From Zygnema circumcarinatum SAG 698-1b (taxonomy: Eukaryota > Plantae > Zygnematophyceae), in assembly GCA_037447605.1 (NCBI GenBank), contig CM074820.1, positions 1,054,001 to 1,118,000 on the forward strand: a DNA stretch of 64,000 nucleotides. Reading direction: 5' to 3'. This document shows positions 50,245 to 63,416 of this stretch, one piece after another; position 1 is the stretch's first letter; each line of letters starts with the position of its first letter. The notes beneath the pieces are model-generated. The model did no database searches. It worked only from the letters and a program-made list of their open reading frames with translations, and had not been told where the DNA came from. A program made the position numbers and the translations under genes.

Positions 50245-53200
50245 TAGAAGGGAAAGAAGGAGAGAGGGTGGGAGGATGGGAAAGAGAAGAAAGAGAGGAG
50301 AGAGAGAGAATGGGAGAGGGAGAGAGGGAGAGGGGAGAGAGAGAGGGAGACGAAGGAGTGGGACGAGAAGCGACGAAGGGGATGTGAGGAACAGAGAGGG
50401 AGTAATGGCGAGATGAGAAGGAGGGATAGCGACGACGAGAGCAAGAGAAGTAAATAAACGAAAGGGATTTTCAAGCATTGAGAGTGCAATGCAGAGGGGC
50501 TCACCAGCCGCTATCTTCCAAAAGGGCGAGCGTGAGGGGGCTCAGGGTGGGAGTGGGGTTGAGCTGCGCAGTCTGCCAAAATTTCACATTCGCAAAAAAA
50601 ATCCACTTTTTTCAACATGGATTGCTTCTATGAGGAGCAACAGCATGATAGAGCCTGCAAGAACGTCTCTTGGTAAACTTCACATGTTCTAATGGGAAGG
50701 TATAAGCAATAGCAGGGTTAAAAAAACACTCCCAATAAACACTCTATTGAAAAGTAACGAGGAGAGAGAGAGAGTGAGAGAGAGGAGAGGAGAGAGAGGA
50801 GGAGAGGAGCAGGAGAGGAGGGGTTTAAGGGCAGGGAAGAAACCATGAGCTCCGTTCGAAAGAGACGTGAGTTCCAATGGCTGCCGATTTGACCACTTCC
50901 TCCGTCCTCTTCAAGCTCTGCTCCGTTCAAACTGCTGCATGCGAACTGAGCGCGGACCATCTCTAACACCTGCTATAGAACTTGTTCAAATATGATCCTG
51001 TGTTTGAATGTAAGCATTCGCCTTCTTAATGAGTTGCACATTTCTTATGTTCAGATTTTCCAGGACAGTAATGAAGGAGCACTTCGTTGAACTTCAGTAC
51101 AAGATTATCCTCTTCTATTGAACAGACACTGTGGAAGATTTGCTTGTTTCCAATGGTCTCCGTCGATCATTGCTCAGATCCAACATGGACACATTGTGTG
51201 AAGGGGAAGTTAAAGCATTAGGTGCAAGCTTCTTTTTTCAAGCTTTTTTTTCTGAAGGTGACAGAAAGGTAGGGCAACTTTTATCACCTTTGGTGTTACC
51301 ACTTTGAGAACATCCCGGCCGCGCTCATTGAAGGATTGAACGATGGCATCTGTCGTTGCTTCACTGGAGATTGGCTGCACTTGGCCTTCAACTGCTGCTG
51401 TTTCCCGAGCCACTAGTGGTTCCCCTGCATGCATGAAGCAGGAGAGTTATCGAGATTACATTCTACTTTCGAGGTGAAACTTAAGAGCGAGCCGTTAGGT
51501 GAGGTGAAGCTAATGTTTCAAGTTACATAGAGGTCGTTAGATTAAGGTTAAGCCAACAGTTCAGTCCAAGCTCCTGATTAAGGTTCACAAAGGTTTTAAG
51601 GATAAAATAGAGAATTAAACTGAGCGAGATCTGAGCTCACCATTAGCATCCCGAAAGTACTGCATCAGGTTGGGGCTGAAGACCAACCCATGCAGAAGCT
51701 CGTGAACTGTTATGGCTATCTGAAAGCAGCATAGCCGCCCTCCTTCCCTCCTCCCCTTCCCAATCAGAATCACCCAAACAGCAACAAAAGAGTTCATGCA
51801 GTTCTGAGGCAATCCAGCCAATGCATCAATCGATCCGATCAATGCATACTTGTTTTGTTGGTGAAATTTCTTTCAAATAACTGCAAAATTATGCGCGCCC
51901 GTACCGAAGTTCCGAAATCAGTGAGATTAGTAGCCAAGAACGCTGGGCAGTAATTAATGTTTGCTGCAATAGGGCGGTCCCACTGCGCTTCTTGGAAACA
52001 AGCTCCGGTGTGCGCGAGAGTGCCCGCCTGAGAGCAGAGGTCGCTGTCCTGCAGGGGGTTCAGCCACCACCCTCGGCAAGGGTTGAAAAGTGCATGGATG
52101 CGTATACACTTTGCTGCTTTGTCCTGACGAAGGTTGAGATTAGAAAAGCCCTAAAAGAGGATAGTGATGACCGTTTGGCTAACATGCGTTCATATCGTTG
52201 AAATTCACTTAAGATTCATACAGTTAGTTATATTCCGGCTTGATTGATGTCCTGACAGCTTGCTGTTTAGACGAGAACACGCTCATACAGTCATGTACTT
52301 ATGTATTCATCCAGCCAAGTTATTGCACTGCTGCATAGGGTTACATATCGCGGCAGCCATGCCTGCGACGTAGCAAAGAGGACGAAGTCGGCGTCGCGCA
52401 GGCCGGGCCCCGCGGGCGAATCGGCGCAGACCCCCGTCGCGACATCGCACGTGCTGTGCGCCGCGAGCAGAGAGGCGTTCACTTCGGAGCGGCCCTGCGC
52501 GCTCGGAGGGAGGGAGGGAGGGAGGGAGGGAGGGAGGGAGGAAGCGAGGGAGGGAAAGAGCNNNNNNNNNNGAGGGAGGGAGGGAGGGAGGGAGGGAGGG
52601 AGGGAGAGAGGGTCAGCACAGATCAGGGCAGGCCAGGTGCAGGGATGGGGTACAAGCAGAGCTGCATTTGAGAGCGCTTTCTGGCGAGCTCGTCCATGGA
52701 GGGAGGAAGGAGGAGGCGGGGTCCATTGAAGCTTGAAGAGAGGTGAAGTTCATCGACTTTGCTTCAGTGGGGGAAACGACCAGTTAGATTTAAGGAGTGG
52801 AGATAGGCTTCCAGGCCAGCAACAGTGCCAACCAGCCTCTCTCAGAAAAGCCTACCTGCTCCTAAATGTGTTGGTTGCAGTTTCTGATTCTGCATAGCTT
52901 TCGTTAGTGGGATCGCACAAAGGAGCAAACAGGGATTTTCAATTCAATGAAGGAAGCAGTCTGGGCTTTAAGCTCGGGTTCTCCTCCAGCTGCTATGAGA
53001 ATGAGATGCTATTCTACAAATACCCGGTTTTTTTGATGGACTAAAAGACGCCTATTATGCACAGCCAAAGGTAGTTTTGTATTGCAAAAATGAACATACT
53101 TGACATTACATGGCGGGGTCACAAGGGAAGGAACTTAGTTGCAGTTTTCAAGACTTGAAGCTGCACGCTTAAAACTTTCATCTGTAGAGTTGAAGTCTTT

Positions 53201-54261
53201 CAGACCGTTTTGCTTTCAAGATTGCAGTATGCGAATCCAAAACCTTGGCAAGCTCAGTGTATTGCCTTGCGTCACTGACAACCTGACTTTTTACAATAAG
53301 GAGTTTCAAAATAAAGTTGCAGGAAGCCAAAACTCAATAATTCAAGATGTACCAGGAACAAAATAACCTTTCTGCGGGGAGGTGTTACCCCGACTAGAGA
53401 TAAAAAGCAAAAAAAATGCGAGCTTCATCCATCCCTTGTTCGTTTCCAAACATTGTTCTTTCATAATTAACCCAAACATAGTTGAATCGGTGAAGCAGGG
53501 TTGAAGGATAACATGAAGTAATTGATCAAAGACTTATGCGAATAATGCCACATAGTTTAGTAGAGCATCTCATGTGGAGCACTCCACCATTCCTCTTGCG
53601 CCCTAGCAACCCTGCGTCCTTAAACACAGCACGTAGCACATTGACTACAAAAATAAAATATTAATAATAATAATAGTAATAATATATAATATTCCTATGT
53701 GGAGTGAAAGAAATGAAGGACCTACCAAGCAGGAAGTGCTCCACTGTACGCAGCCACCGGAGCCGTTCACCGCCAAACAGATAGGCGTGATACGAAGGGG
53801 CCCCTCCACTGGATGGCGAACACTTATCACACTTCCCACATACCTGCATTACAAGCTCATTTTGAGAGGCTAACGGTTTAGCTAACACCTACTAATTCAG
53901 TAACGATTTTTACTGTACATCGATTACAAGGCCTTAGGAGATGCATTACCGACCAAAAACGAGGTGGGTAGGAAAAAATAACATCGATTTTTTCCGTTCT
54001 CCCGATACATAAGAGGGTAAGATTTTACAACCTGAGAGCCGCCGGCAGCACCGAGAGCAGATAGTGGGCGCCACTGCCCTCAACATCGGCCCCCGTCAGG
54101 TTGTGCTCCTGTAGCCCAAGTGATAGAATTCAGGGCTTAAAATGGCTTCCAGGTTTTTGGGTTCAGATCTCGGGCTTACACGGAACCCATCATGGCTAGT
54201 GCGTACCACATGAACTCGCAGTGGCGCCGGAATCGTCTGCCGTTGCATCTCGGGCCCCCCA
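47391..54261 (-). CDS. Leishmanolysin/invadolysin-like zinc metallopeptidase (MEROPS M8) with EGF-like module and C-terminal TM; first exon unresolved (upstream of 54261). Exons 54207-54261, 54032-54108, 53726-53843, 52363-52494, 51905-52048, 51641-51719, 51288-51424, 50844-50969, 50505-50572, 50085-50167, 49691-49794, 49302-49405, 48792-49002, 48461-48605, 48182-48243, 47709-47973, 47391-47473
   Basis: PLRVHV, VISVRHPVEGPLRI, DADFVLF, DRPIAANINYCP, HELLH (HExxH), AELEEDGGSGQIGSHWNSRLFRTELM, LTLALLEDSGW-Y, CSAQG-TCYNGTCYCFPGFSGSSC, and TM WAFLLVGAALLSVLLGLVVYVC. Phases are consistent throughout. Confidence 0.88.
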
Positions 54262-56035
54262 CTGTGCAAAAAAGTTTAAGCACAATGCAAGTGACTGCGT
54301 TAGAAGAACTAAACGAGCCCATCTCAAATGAAGGCCAATCTCTAAAACCCACTTCGGGGTTGGTTGTGGTGCCAACCCCAGCTACTTAGGGCCACTTTAG
54401 GGTTCGAGGCCCAATAGACCGAAGAAGGGCAGGAAGCAGAAGCAGGAGGGGCTCACAATGGGCTGCCGGCGGAAATGATCGAAGGGAGCTGGCTGCTCTC
54501 TCCCCGTCGGCGCGCAACAGAAAAGTACCGGCGCCGCCAATGTACTGTCAGCGGCCGCTCGCTTTTAGCGTTTTGCATAACAGCTCGCCGGCGGCCGTTG
54601 CAAGCGCATGTCCGGTTTCGGCGGCGCTGTCATTCTGCTGTAACTGCCGGTCACGTCACGGCGAGGACGGAGTCCGATGTCGGCGGCTTCGCGCGCGTGT
54701 CGGCGCAGCGCCCTCGTCGGGGACCGGTCACGGCGCTCGCTTCGCTCACATTTGTTCAATATTTTAGGTCAACATATAGGGACCGACGGCTGCGGGGGAG
54801 GGAGGCGCTGTTGGGAGCCCCGTTACAGATTGAACGGATAATAACAGCTGCGTTGTTGTGCCTAGGCGTAGTTTTCCGCTCCTAGCTTCGTTTTATTGTG
54901 TTTCGGTCCTTTGTGACCAGTCCTTCGTGGTTCCACATTTTGCCTTTATCCATGTAAATTTGATGGCCTCGCCATCGCGAGTTCAATGAAAGTTTGCGTT
55001 GGATAATAACAGAATTACAGAGGGCACATGTTGGTAAGGTAAAGGCCTTTTTGAAAGTGTTTTCTGTGTGAGGCAATGCTGGCATCGACAGCTTTACAAA
55101 GGTTTTTTCTCCCCCCTTTTCATTTTTGTGGAAAAGGTTGACATCGACCATAAAGAGGCTTCTAATTTGTATGTTCTTTTGTGTTTGGTCATTATGCTCG
55201 TTAAAGCGGTCGCAGTCGATTACCGGGGACCGATAGGGCGAAGTCAAACAGCCAACGGGCCACTCACGAATGCGTTTTCCGAGTTGTTATCGAGGTAAAC
55301 TCTTGAACACAATCGAAAATTGTTCCAATCCTAACGTTCAATTCGCTAGCTTGACGCTTTAGGTTGAACATTGAAACCAAACGGTCATTTAAGGCAAACA
55401 AACATACGTCCAGTCAAATACTTGCCCACTTGTCAAGGTGGCGAAGCACTTCCGAGTCATGAAGAAAAAATTGACGCAAAAGTACCATAGTAGTTGACCT
55501 AAGTTGACTAAAGTTGACCTAAGCATAGGTCACATACCGTGTACCCCCAAAACGAGAACATGCCAACAAAAAAAAAAAAAATTAAACAACGAAGCACAAA
55601 AGGCAAAAAGGCGTTATAAGCGTTATAGGGCCAGAATGGCAAATTCTTCTTTTTTTTTTTCAAACCCTAAAACATGAGGACCTAACACCCACTGAAGACT
55701 GGTTCTGGCTGCCTCTGACACAAAGGCGCGGACTCGCCTTACTGGTAACCACTGACTTCAAATAAAGCCGCAAAATCTACCGGTCAGAATCTTCCTACCT
55801 TCTGATAAAACAAAGTCAAAGCCACTGGTCCTTCTACGGAAGTCTCCTTTCCACACAATCACAATACACAGAAATAAACAGCCACTTATTGACAAAAATG
55901 CGAGCAAAGAAGTGAACTATATGCTACCACATCTCCACTTCCCTTCCTTTCCTCCTCGTCCCCACTCCCCCCATAAAGTATTAGCTGGAGGGTGCCATTC
56001 CCCCTCCAGCTCAGAAAGAGGCCCCCCTCCCCTCC

Positions 56036-59000
56036 CTAGCTAGAGAATGCCAACTGTGCCTGCGGGAGAATATCTTTCCTGCGAGCGAGCTGGTCAAGAT
56101 CCCTCACAATTTTGAACACAGCGTCCGGTCTTGCGAGCTTTCTAGCATTTTCCGCCATCACTTGGAGTTCACCCATTTTGGGGCCAAACCAGCCTGCAAC
56201 AATCTTTGCGATTTCCTTTGGGTTCTCACTGAACTTGCCGGCCCCATTCTCAACTACATACGGCACATTTCCAACTTCCTGCAAAGCCCAAAAGTTGCAT
56301 ATTACTACACAAGAACTATATGGCGATGATGGAGAAGTTTGGCCCACAACAGGGCGAGCACTCAGTGCGAACGTCTTCTCAGCTTATGACCATGATAAGG
56401 GCACATCATAAAGGTTTGGAAGATTGTCGGGATGTCTCCCAGTCAATCTTCTGAGCTTTAGATTGGCACATGAGGGAATCTCTCTCACCTGGCCAGCAAT
56501 GTAGTCGTTAATGATCATTGGGAGCCCTCGGATCATAGACTCGGCAATAGTCCCTGGCCCAGCCTGCCATCCAAAGCAAAAAAACATTATTGTCAAACAA
56601 AAGCAATGCGGAACATGAAGAAATAACGTCCTCTCTTCGTTGCAAGGCCTTACGTCCTTATTGGGCCACCTCTGGAGGAATGGAATATGCTCCAGATCGA
56701 TGAGATTGCTTCGTGAGTCTAAATTTTAAAGGGGAAATCAATTTCGACGAGTATGCATGGGCAACATTTGACCTCCCAGACTGGTTTCACTAAGAGGTTA
56801 TGTCTGCATACCTTGGTGATGACACAATCACATGCGGCCATCCATTCTGGCATGTTGGTCACAAAGCCCTTTATCTGCATGGCACCATCATGTCAGCAAT
56901 CACTTCAACCCTGAAATGCTTTCAGAAACCACACGTAATCATCATATGGAAGTGACACACGTGACTGACTGCCTGCAGACAAACAGCAAACTCTCCCGCT
57001 CCATAAACCAGAGATACTTTATGCCGTCAATACAATTTACCGGCAAAAAGTTAACAAACCTACTAGGGTGGGCATAGGCCAGTCAATAGCCTGCAGTTTT
57101 GCTTGCAGCTTCTTGTTGCGACCACAGATAACAATGAGCTGACCCAAAGGAGTGTCTCTATTGCTCCCAAGAGATTTTGCCAAAGCCCGTGCTGTGGCCT
57201 CTACAGGGCCCATTCCCTCCCCTCCTCCCATCAATATCACAGCTGGAAGGTCTCCATCCATCCCAAGCTCTCTCCGAAGCTCATCCTGTTGCATCCAACA
57301 ACACAAATAGCCCGCATATTATTATATTATTTTTGAGTATTTAGTTGGAACGCAACTGCAAGCAAAACGTTCGCTCCTTCTATAGGACTGCTTGACGTCA
57401 GGTCTTTCACGTTCAGCAGGGTAGTCAAGGAGGTTACAGTGACAGCAAAAACAATAGGAATTCGCCATGTGCTCAGCCAATCCTGTTTCGAAACGATGAG
57501 CCGTTTTATGGATGGGTCAGTGCTCGTTGTGAGACCGGAGATGATGCAACTGGTGAATTAACTGGAGGAAAAGGGAGGGAGACGAGAGGGGAGAGCTCCT
57601 CAAGTCAATACAGGTATAATTCGCTCCTGTTTTAAAGTTCACTGTTCAGGAGTAGTTCAACATTAAATGAAAACTTTACTTTCACGTTGAGGGTTGATGA
57701 AAACAGTAAATGACGGTCTCCTCCGAGTTATTATGACCCACCTTAGGTGCTGTAGGCTTGCAGAAGGACGGTCGAATTGGAAGCCCATGGATCCGAATTT
57801 GATGAGATTTCAACCCTGCCTTGTACGCCCTCTGTGCCACATCTTTGGTGGGGCAGAAACAGATCGTGGCTAACTTGTGAAACCTGGCACCATTTTATAA
57901 ATAAGAGAGATTGCATAGCCTTCAATTAGAAGAAAGATTGAGGACACGATAGCTCTGAGGCTTGAGTCGCTGATGATAGGCTTATCCAGCAAACAAACTT
58001 CAAATACTAGCTTATAGTTTCAAGCAAAGGATTCGTAATCCTTGCGAAATAGCAAAACGAGCTCAATTAAAAACACAAACAGGCGTACCCAAAGGTGCAG
58101 AAAAACGTTTGTTGAAAGCTCAATCGGTCTTTTAATAAAACCACACATTCCCTAGACCTCAAGCATGAATTCCAGGAATACAGCTTGGCAGTAACCCCCA
58201 TGCTTTGCTTTTGCAAAAAATCAGAAAACAACCAGCCTCACTCAGAACTCTTTTACACTTTTATAGCTGAAACGAAATCGCCCACCAGGTAGGATGGCAC
58301 GTGGTGAGATCGGTGATGACTGTTGTGAAGGGAATGCGCTGCAAAAGGCCCTTTGAGCGAAGAACACGAAGTGGAATATGTTGCATCAATGGATGCACAC
58401 TCACAATTACGTCCGGCTGATACTTGTATAGCCCCTTGGCAACCTCCCTGCCACAACAGTTGCACAACAGTCGAGCACACTCTGACAAGCCACATTCATT
58501 CGCTTTACATCATCAAGCTGACACAAACAATTTTCCGTTTGAACTGCGGCCTCCACAATGAAACTTACACCATCGAGCTCGGTTATAGCGTCAATAGTTG
58601 CCTATCACAAAAGCGATGCTCTGCCAGCTCTTTAAGAGTCAATAAAACGACCATGGTTGCTGATTTGCAAAATAAACCTGTTACTTGCAGACATCTAGCA
58701 ACTCCTGACGATAACTTGCAAGCGTCCGTGCAATCTGGTTGTATAGGATGTCACTAGCGTAAAGCAGTTAGGTACTCTGAGTTCAGGTAATTGAGAATGC
58801 AACAAAGCAGGAACTCACCTAGCAACAAATGCTGAGGTGGCTGCCATTTGCGGTTGGTGAACAAAACGGGGCTTGGTGGCATGGAATGCCACCTTCCATA
58901 ACGTTTCATGCTTGACAAGGAAACTGTAACTTTTGGGCATTTGGTTAAACGGCCATGGTGTGTGCTCCTTCCATAAGTCAATCACCGTAACCTTCATCCA

Positions 59001-60390
59001 AAACAGAGTTAAATTCCTTGTGAATTAGGCTGCCAAAAATACTAATCAATAGGTGCATAACTGCATAAGTGCTCCAATAGGTGCATAACTGCATACGTGC
59101 TCCAATAGGTGCATAACTGTATCCACATGCATCTTGCACTTCTATGATATGATAAATCCTACCTCACAAGAATGCTCAGTCGAGTTTGAAAAGTGCTTAA
59201 AATTAAAAAAAAAGTTTGTTCTAGGTTTCGCTAAAATTTCAACTGTGGCCAGTACCTTGTATTCGTTACCAAATTCTTGTTCGAAGGTTTGTTTAATTGC
59301 TTCTGCACTTGCTCTATGTCCACCTCCCGTGTCACTCATCAGAATAAGGACTTTCCTTTGGCCAGTATCAGCCACCACCTCATTGCCCAGCTCATCAGTT
59401 TCCAGCAATGGTGAAGGATCAACATCCCGAGCTCCCTTCTTGCTGCCCCTGGAATAACCTGCGCCGGAAAAATGTGAAGTTCCTATTAGAGAGCGATGAC
59501 TTATAAAAAAATGAGAGCCATGCAGCACGCTCAGTAATTTAGAAACAATTCACTCTGAAAGGATTCCAAATATCTTGACAGTCTGCGGCTTTATCTTCAA
59601 AAGAGTGAGCAAACAGACTCTACTCGAGCTAAATGAGGTTGCATTTGCTTGAGGTGTGTGATTAGATATCTGGCTAGTGTAGTGATTTGCTCCAGTTCAG
59701 TGACTTCATCTATTGATCGACTGCAAATACTACCTGTGAGTTCAGCCTTATCCCGCCCTCCACCCTTCCTTTGAACTTACGAATTTCTTCAACCTCGAGT
59801 AAGGCAGGGAACAGTATGCAAGCACATTAGTTCAGCTCCACAATCACCATGCATTTCCACAATCAGTTAAGCAGGTAGGCTTTGATTCTGGTTTCTCTCA
59901 GTAATGGGCAAGCCAAACCAGGAGTTCACCTAATGGAACTACTCTGCTGTGTCTCTTCACCATCTCATTGAACATTGTCCTCATCGACCGCCTCCTCGCT
60001 TCACTTCCAGCTGCCATGACAGTAGGTGCAGTCCCTGCGTGCTGAGCATCCCTCGACAAGAAAGGCGGTGCTTTGAAAGCTCCCCTAAGCAACTTTTCGT
60101 CACGATCATCTTCTCTGCATTGAGCATGGCCGTCGCCTCTCTCCTCCCTGAACTGACTCCTCCCGTGCCCCTTTATCTGGCAATATGGCGGTTCTTCCCA
60201 GGAACCAAACAAGCGCCTGTCATCAGCACCGTCCACAGAGCGGCATGCTCCTCCACTGGACGGTCCTGCAGCAGCAGCAGGAAACAGTGGCGGAAACAAA
60301 GGCCCACTGATTCCAATGGCGAGAGAAGCAAGCGGGAGGGATGTCAGTGCGTCTTCTCCATTGTCGTTCCACATCCCCCCTCCCCTCGGC
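56036..60390 (-). CDS. MGD1: Monogalactosyldiacylglycerol synthase (GT28, type A-like with transit peptide). Exons 59930-~60390 (start uncertain), 59256-59458, 58819-58991, 58286-58447, 57742-57883, 57064-57285, 56812-56874, 56489-56563, 56036-56278
   Basis: [110 protein letters not shown]. Confidence 0.95.
59047..59120. repeat. 28-bp tandem repeat, ~2.6 copies, in an MGD intron
   Basis: CAATAGGTGCATAACTGCATA(A/C)GTGCTC repeated. Confidence 0.85.
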
Positions 60391-61768
60391 ATCCTCCCGT
60401 CTCTCTCAGCACCGCCTTCTCTCAGCAGTCCCTCCTCTCCTGCAGACCGCCGTCTCCGGGGCCTCCTCTGCAGTGTCCCTCCTGCACGCTCCGGCAGCCA
60501 TGGCGAAAGCACCCCCACCGTTCCATGCCACCCAGTCCTGTTGGTCGATCCCCAACGGCGAATCCCCACCGTTCATTGTCGATCGGATCGCCACCACGAT
60601 ATATTTCTCCATACTTCGATACCGAGATATATCGCCAGACACTGCATTTGAACATTTACTCGAGTATGGAAAAATGAGTCCCGTGGCGCCTCCTGATAGG
60701 TTGAAGCGCGCCGCAAGTACCATAGCCACACGACACAAAATCGAAGGGACCAAATCCAAGGGACGGCCGAGATGGCGCCATATCAGCATTCAACGGGAGT
60801 GACGGCCAATCCGAGCATGCCTTTATACGTGTGATTCACCACGCAATCTAAAAGGAAGCCCTCAAAGATCCCCAGTCACGTGTCGCCCATATCCAAACAT
60901 TCATACGTATCGCCACGTCACCCAGAATATTGCTCCCCTACCGATACGACCCTTCGTCATTTCCATGTGAGCCAAACAGGTAACTAAAAAAGGTCACATA
61001 GAATAGCGTGGCATGTGTCCTGATCCTGGGCGGATCCATGCGCGTGGCGGAGGCCGCGGGGCGGATGGATGGCCAATGGCGGGCGGGGGGCCCGGGCGCG
61101 GACCAGCCGCTGCGCGCCACGTGGCGAGGGGGAGGGCCGCAGCGCGGGCGTGCTGCGGCGAGCCCGTACGGCGCCGCGTCGCCTCCCGCCGCCTCGTTGG
61201 GGCTGCCTGCCAGCGGGCTGTACGGCAAACGGAACGAAACGGAACGGGTCGGGACGACACGACACGGAACGGAACGGGACGTACAAGAATGTGACAGAAC
61301 GGAACAGAACGGGGTAGGACGGAGGGTCCATGCTTAGGGCTTTCGTATCCGTAGAGTGGAGTGTTTCCATGTGCGGCAGGACGGGTTTAGTTGTTGCATG
61401 GGCAGTTTCACGCAGTTCTATGGCAAAGGGATGCACAGAAGGGACGGCGTCTGTTGTTGTTGTTGTTGGTGTTGGGCTTAGAAGCAGAGAGTTTCGCTCA
61501 AAGCTTCTCCTTTCAGGAATACTACAATGCCAATTCATTCCCTCATTTTAAAAAAACAAGGGGATGATAATGAGTATCAAATGGACTCAACGCATTAGGA
61601 GATCAGCTAGCAGCTCAAACCAGACATTTTCCTAAAAGGTAAAGGAAGAAGAACAATGATTTGAAAACCACGAGCCCTTTCGATTCGAGCCTTGCAACCC
61701 CCCCCCCCCCCCCCCCCCCCCNNNNNNNNNNCCCCCCCCCCCCCCCCACGGATGGCGAAGCTTAACCG

Positions 61769-62701
61769 CTAAATTTCCTTCTTCTTCTTCTTTTTCTTCC
61801 CTCCTGACCCTTTTGCAGCTTTCGCATTCTCCTGCTCTTTGTTGAACTTGAGCACCTTGAATGCTGCCCCATCCTTCACGGCTACCGTTGCCGTCCTCGC
61901 CTCATTGGCATGATTGATGAACTTGGTCACCTCCTGCAGGGTCACATCAAAGGAGAGGGCACATTTTCCAGCTTATGAGGGCACACAACAGTAAGAAAAC
62001 CCTTCAAATTCCGAAAGGGAAAGTGAAAAATGCATACAGCGGCAGAGGACATGCAGAGCGGCTGATGGAAGATAATCACGGGAGGGTTTCGAAGTTGATA
62101 TTCATCCAGACGGAGAGTTGAATTAAATGCCTCTCACAAAGGCATGGCACTGAAAAACGCAGCTATTAAACACAGACTGCAGAAGTTAAACCAAGTTATT
62201 CCCCCCTTCCTGATTAAGTGCTTGTAATCTTGACCTCTTGAGTTGAAATATATAAACAAGTTGAAGCGTTGATTCCCAATATATTGAGAAGCACAAACCT
62301 TGTTAGAAGAGTACTCGTCAGTTTTCTTGTTAGGAGCCTTCACAACTTTGCCTGCACTCCAAGGCCCACCCAAAAGCTCCCACATCATGTCCATAGCAAC
62401 AGACCAAGGCTAAATCTGTAACGTTATTTGGTTGTACGATGTTTTCTGACCCTTATTGCTTTATTAAAGCACAACTTCTTATCGTAAGCTAAGTGCGAAT
62501 AAGAACATAGGAGGCTCCCTCTATCAGCCAATCTTACAAAGAGCATGTGTAAAGGAAACTTTCCAGATAAACTGGAAAAACCAGGAACATTCAGACTATA
62601 AGCAAAGACCAACCTTTCCGAATCTTGAGAAGTTTGCCATGGCGACTTGGGGCAGCCTGCTTCTTCTGCTGTCCTTTGAAAAGGGTACCCTTCTGGGTCA
62701 T
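61769..62701 (-). CDS. Small basic UPF0390/DUF2462-like (Leydig cell tumor 10 kDa homolog) protein, 101 aa. Exons 62614-62701, 62299-62351, 61769-61933
   Basis: MTQKGTLFKGQQKKQAAPSRHGKLLKIRKG-KVVKAP..-EVTKFINHANEARTATVAVKDG..KKKKKEI*. GT-AG phases are consistent. Family assignment is from memory of plant homologs. Confidence 0.75.
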
Positions 62702-63122
62702 TCCTAGCCTGGGCAGCCCGTAAAAGAACCCAATCAGAAAAGAAATTCTGGCACTGACAGAACCCACTTAAGTCTAAAATCAACTTCTGAAAATGTCAGC
62801 AAAGCCTGATCTTGATCTTGCGGACCGAGATTTATATTTCTAATTCTATGCCTCATTCCTCCATAGCTACACTCGTCCTACGTAGACGCCCAATCACACT
62901 CTCAGCGAGTGAGCTCCGCTACAAAGGCCTGAACGCTCAGTATGTCAGTCTGTTTATGCACTCTCCCTCCCTCCCTCTCCTCTCCCACTCCCTCACTCTC
63001 CTCTCTCTCTACAGTCGGAGGCTAACGCACTAGATCAGCATATGGGGAGGCCGTGTGTTAATTCCTACCAGCCTCACATACGTTTTTTTCCGTCCCTGCA
63101 GTACTAGCACCCCTGAAATTTG

Positions 63123-63130
63123 AAACCCTA
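63123..63130 (+). promoter_or_regulatory. Telo-box AAACCCTA upstream of the UPF0390-like gene
   Basis: Exact motif ~420 bp upstream of the ATG. Telo-boxes are known from plant translation and ribosome-biogenesis promoters. A single short motif could occur by chance. Confidence 0.35.
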
Positions 63131-63416
63131 AAGGTCATTTTCTCCTGGGAGGGGCCGAAACAAATCCCTTGCAAGGAGGCCGTACAGGGAGGGGTTCCAT
63201 GGTCCATGATTCCGTCATGGTTTCGTCGTGGTTGACGGAATCATGGACGAGTTCCATGAGGGCACGTTGGACGACGTGGCGCCGACGTGGCTGCCACGTC
63301 GGCGATTTGTGGAAAGCGGCAGGAGAGTTTCACAAAACGCGATGGCATTGTCCAATCGCGCAGCGCCACGTGGCCGGCAAGAATCAGTCGGCTTGGGGTT
63401 GGGTCTAGGGTCGAAG

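Noticed and set aside
54882-55247. 121-aa ORF between the M8 and MGD genes
   Set aside because: No recognisable motif or splice context.
61698-61748. Long poly-C tract
   Set aside because: It spans an N gap, so its length is unreliable. Other gaps are at 20897-20906, 29917-29926, 32499-32508, 45373-45382 and 52562-52571.
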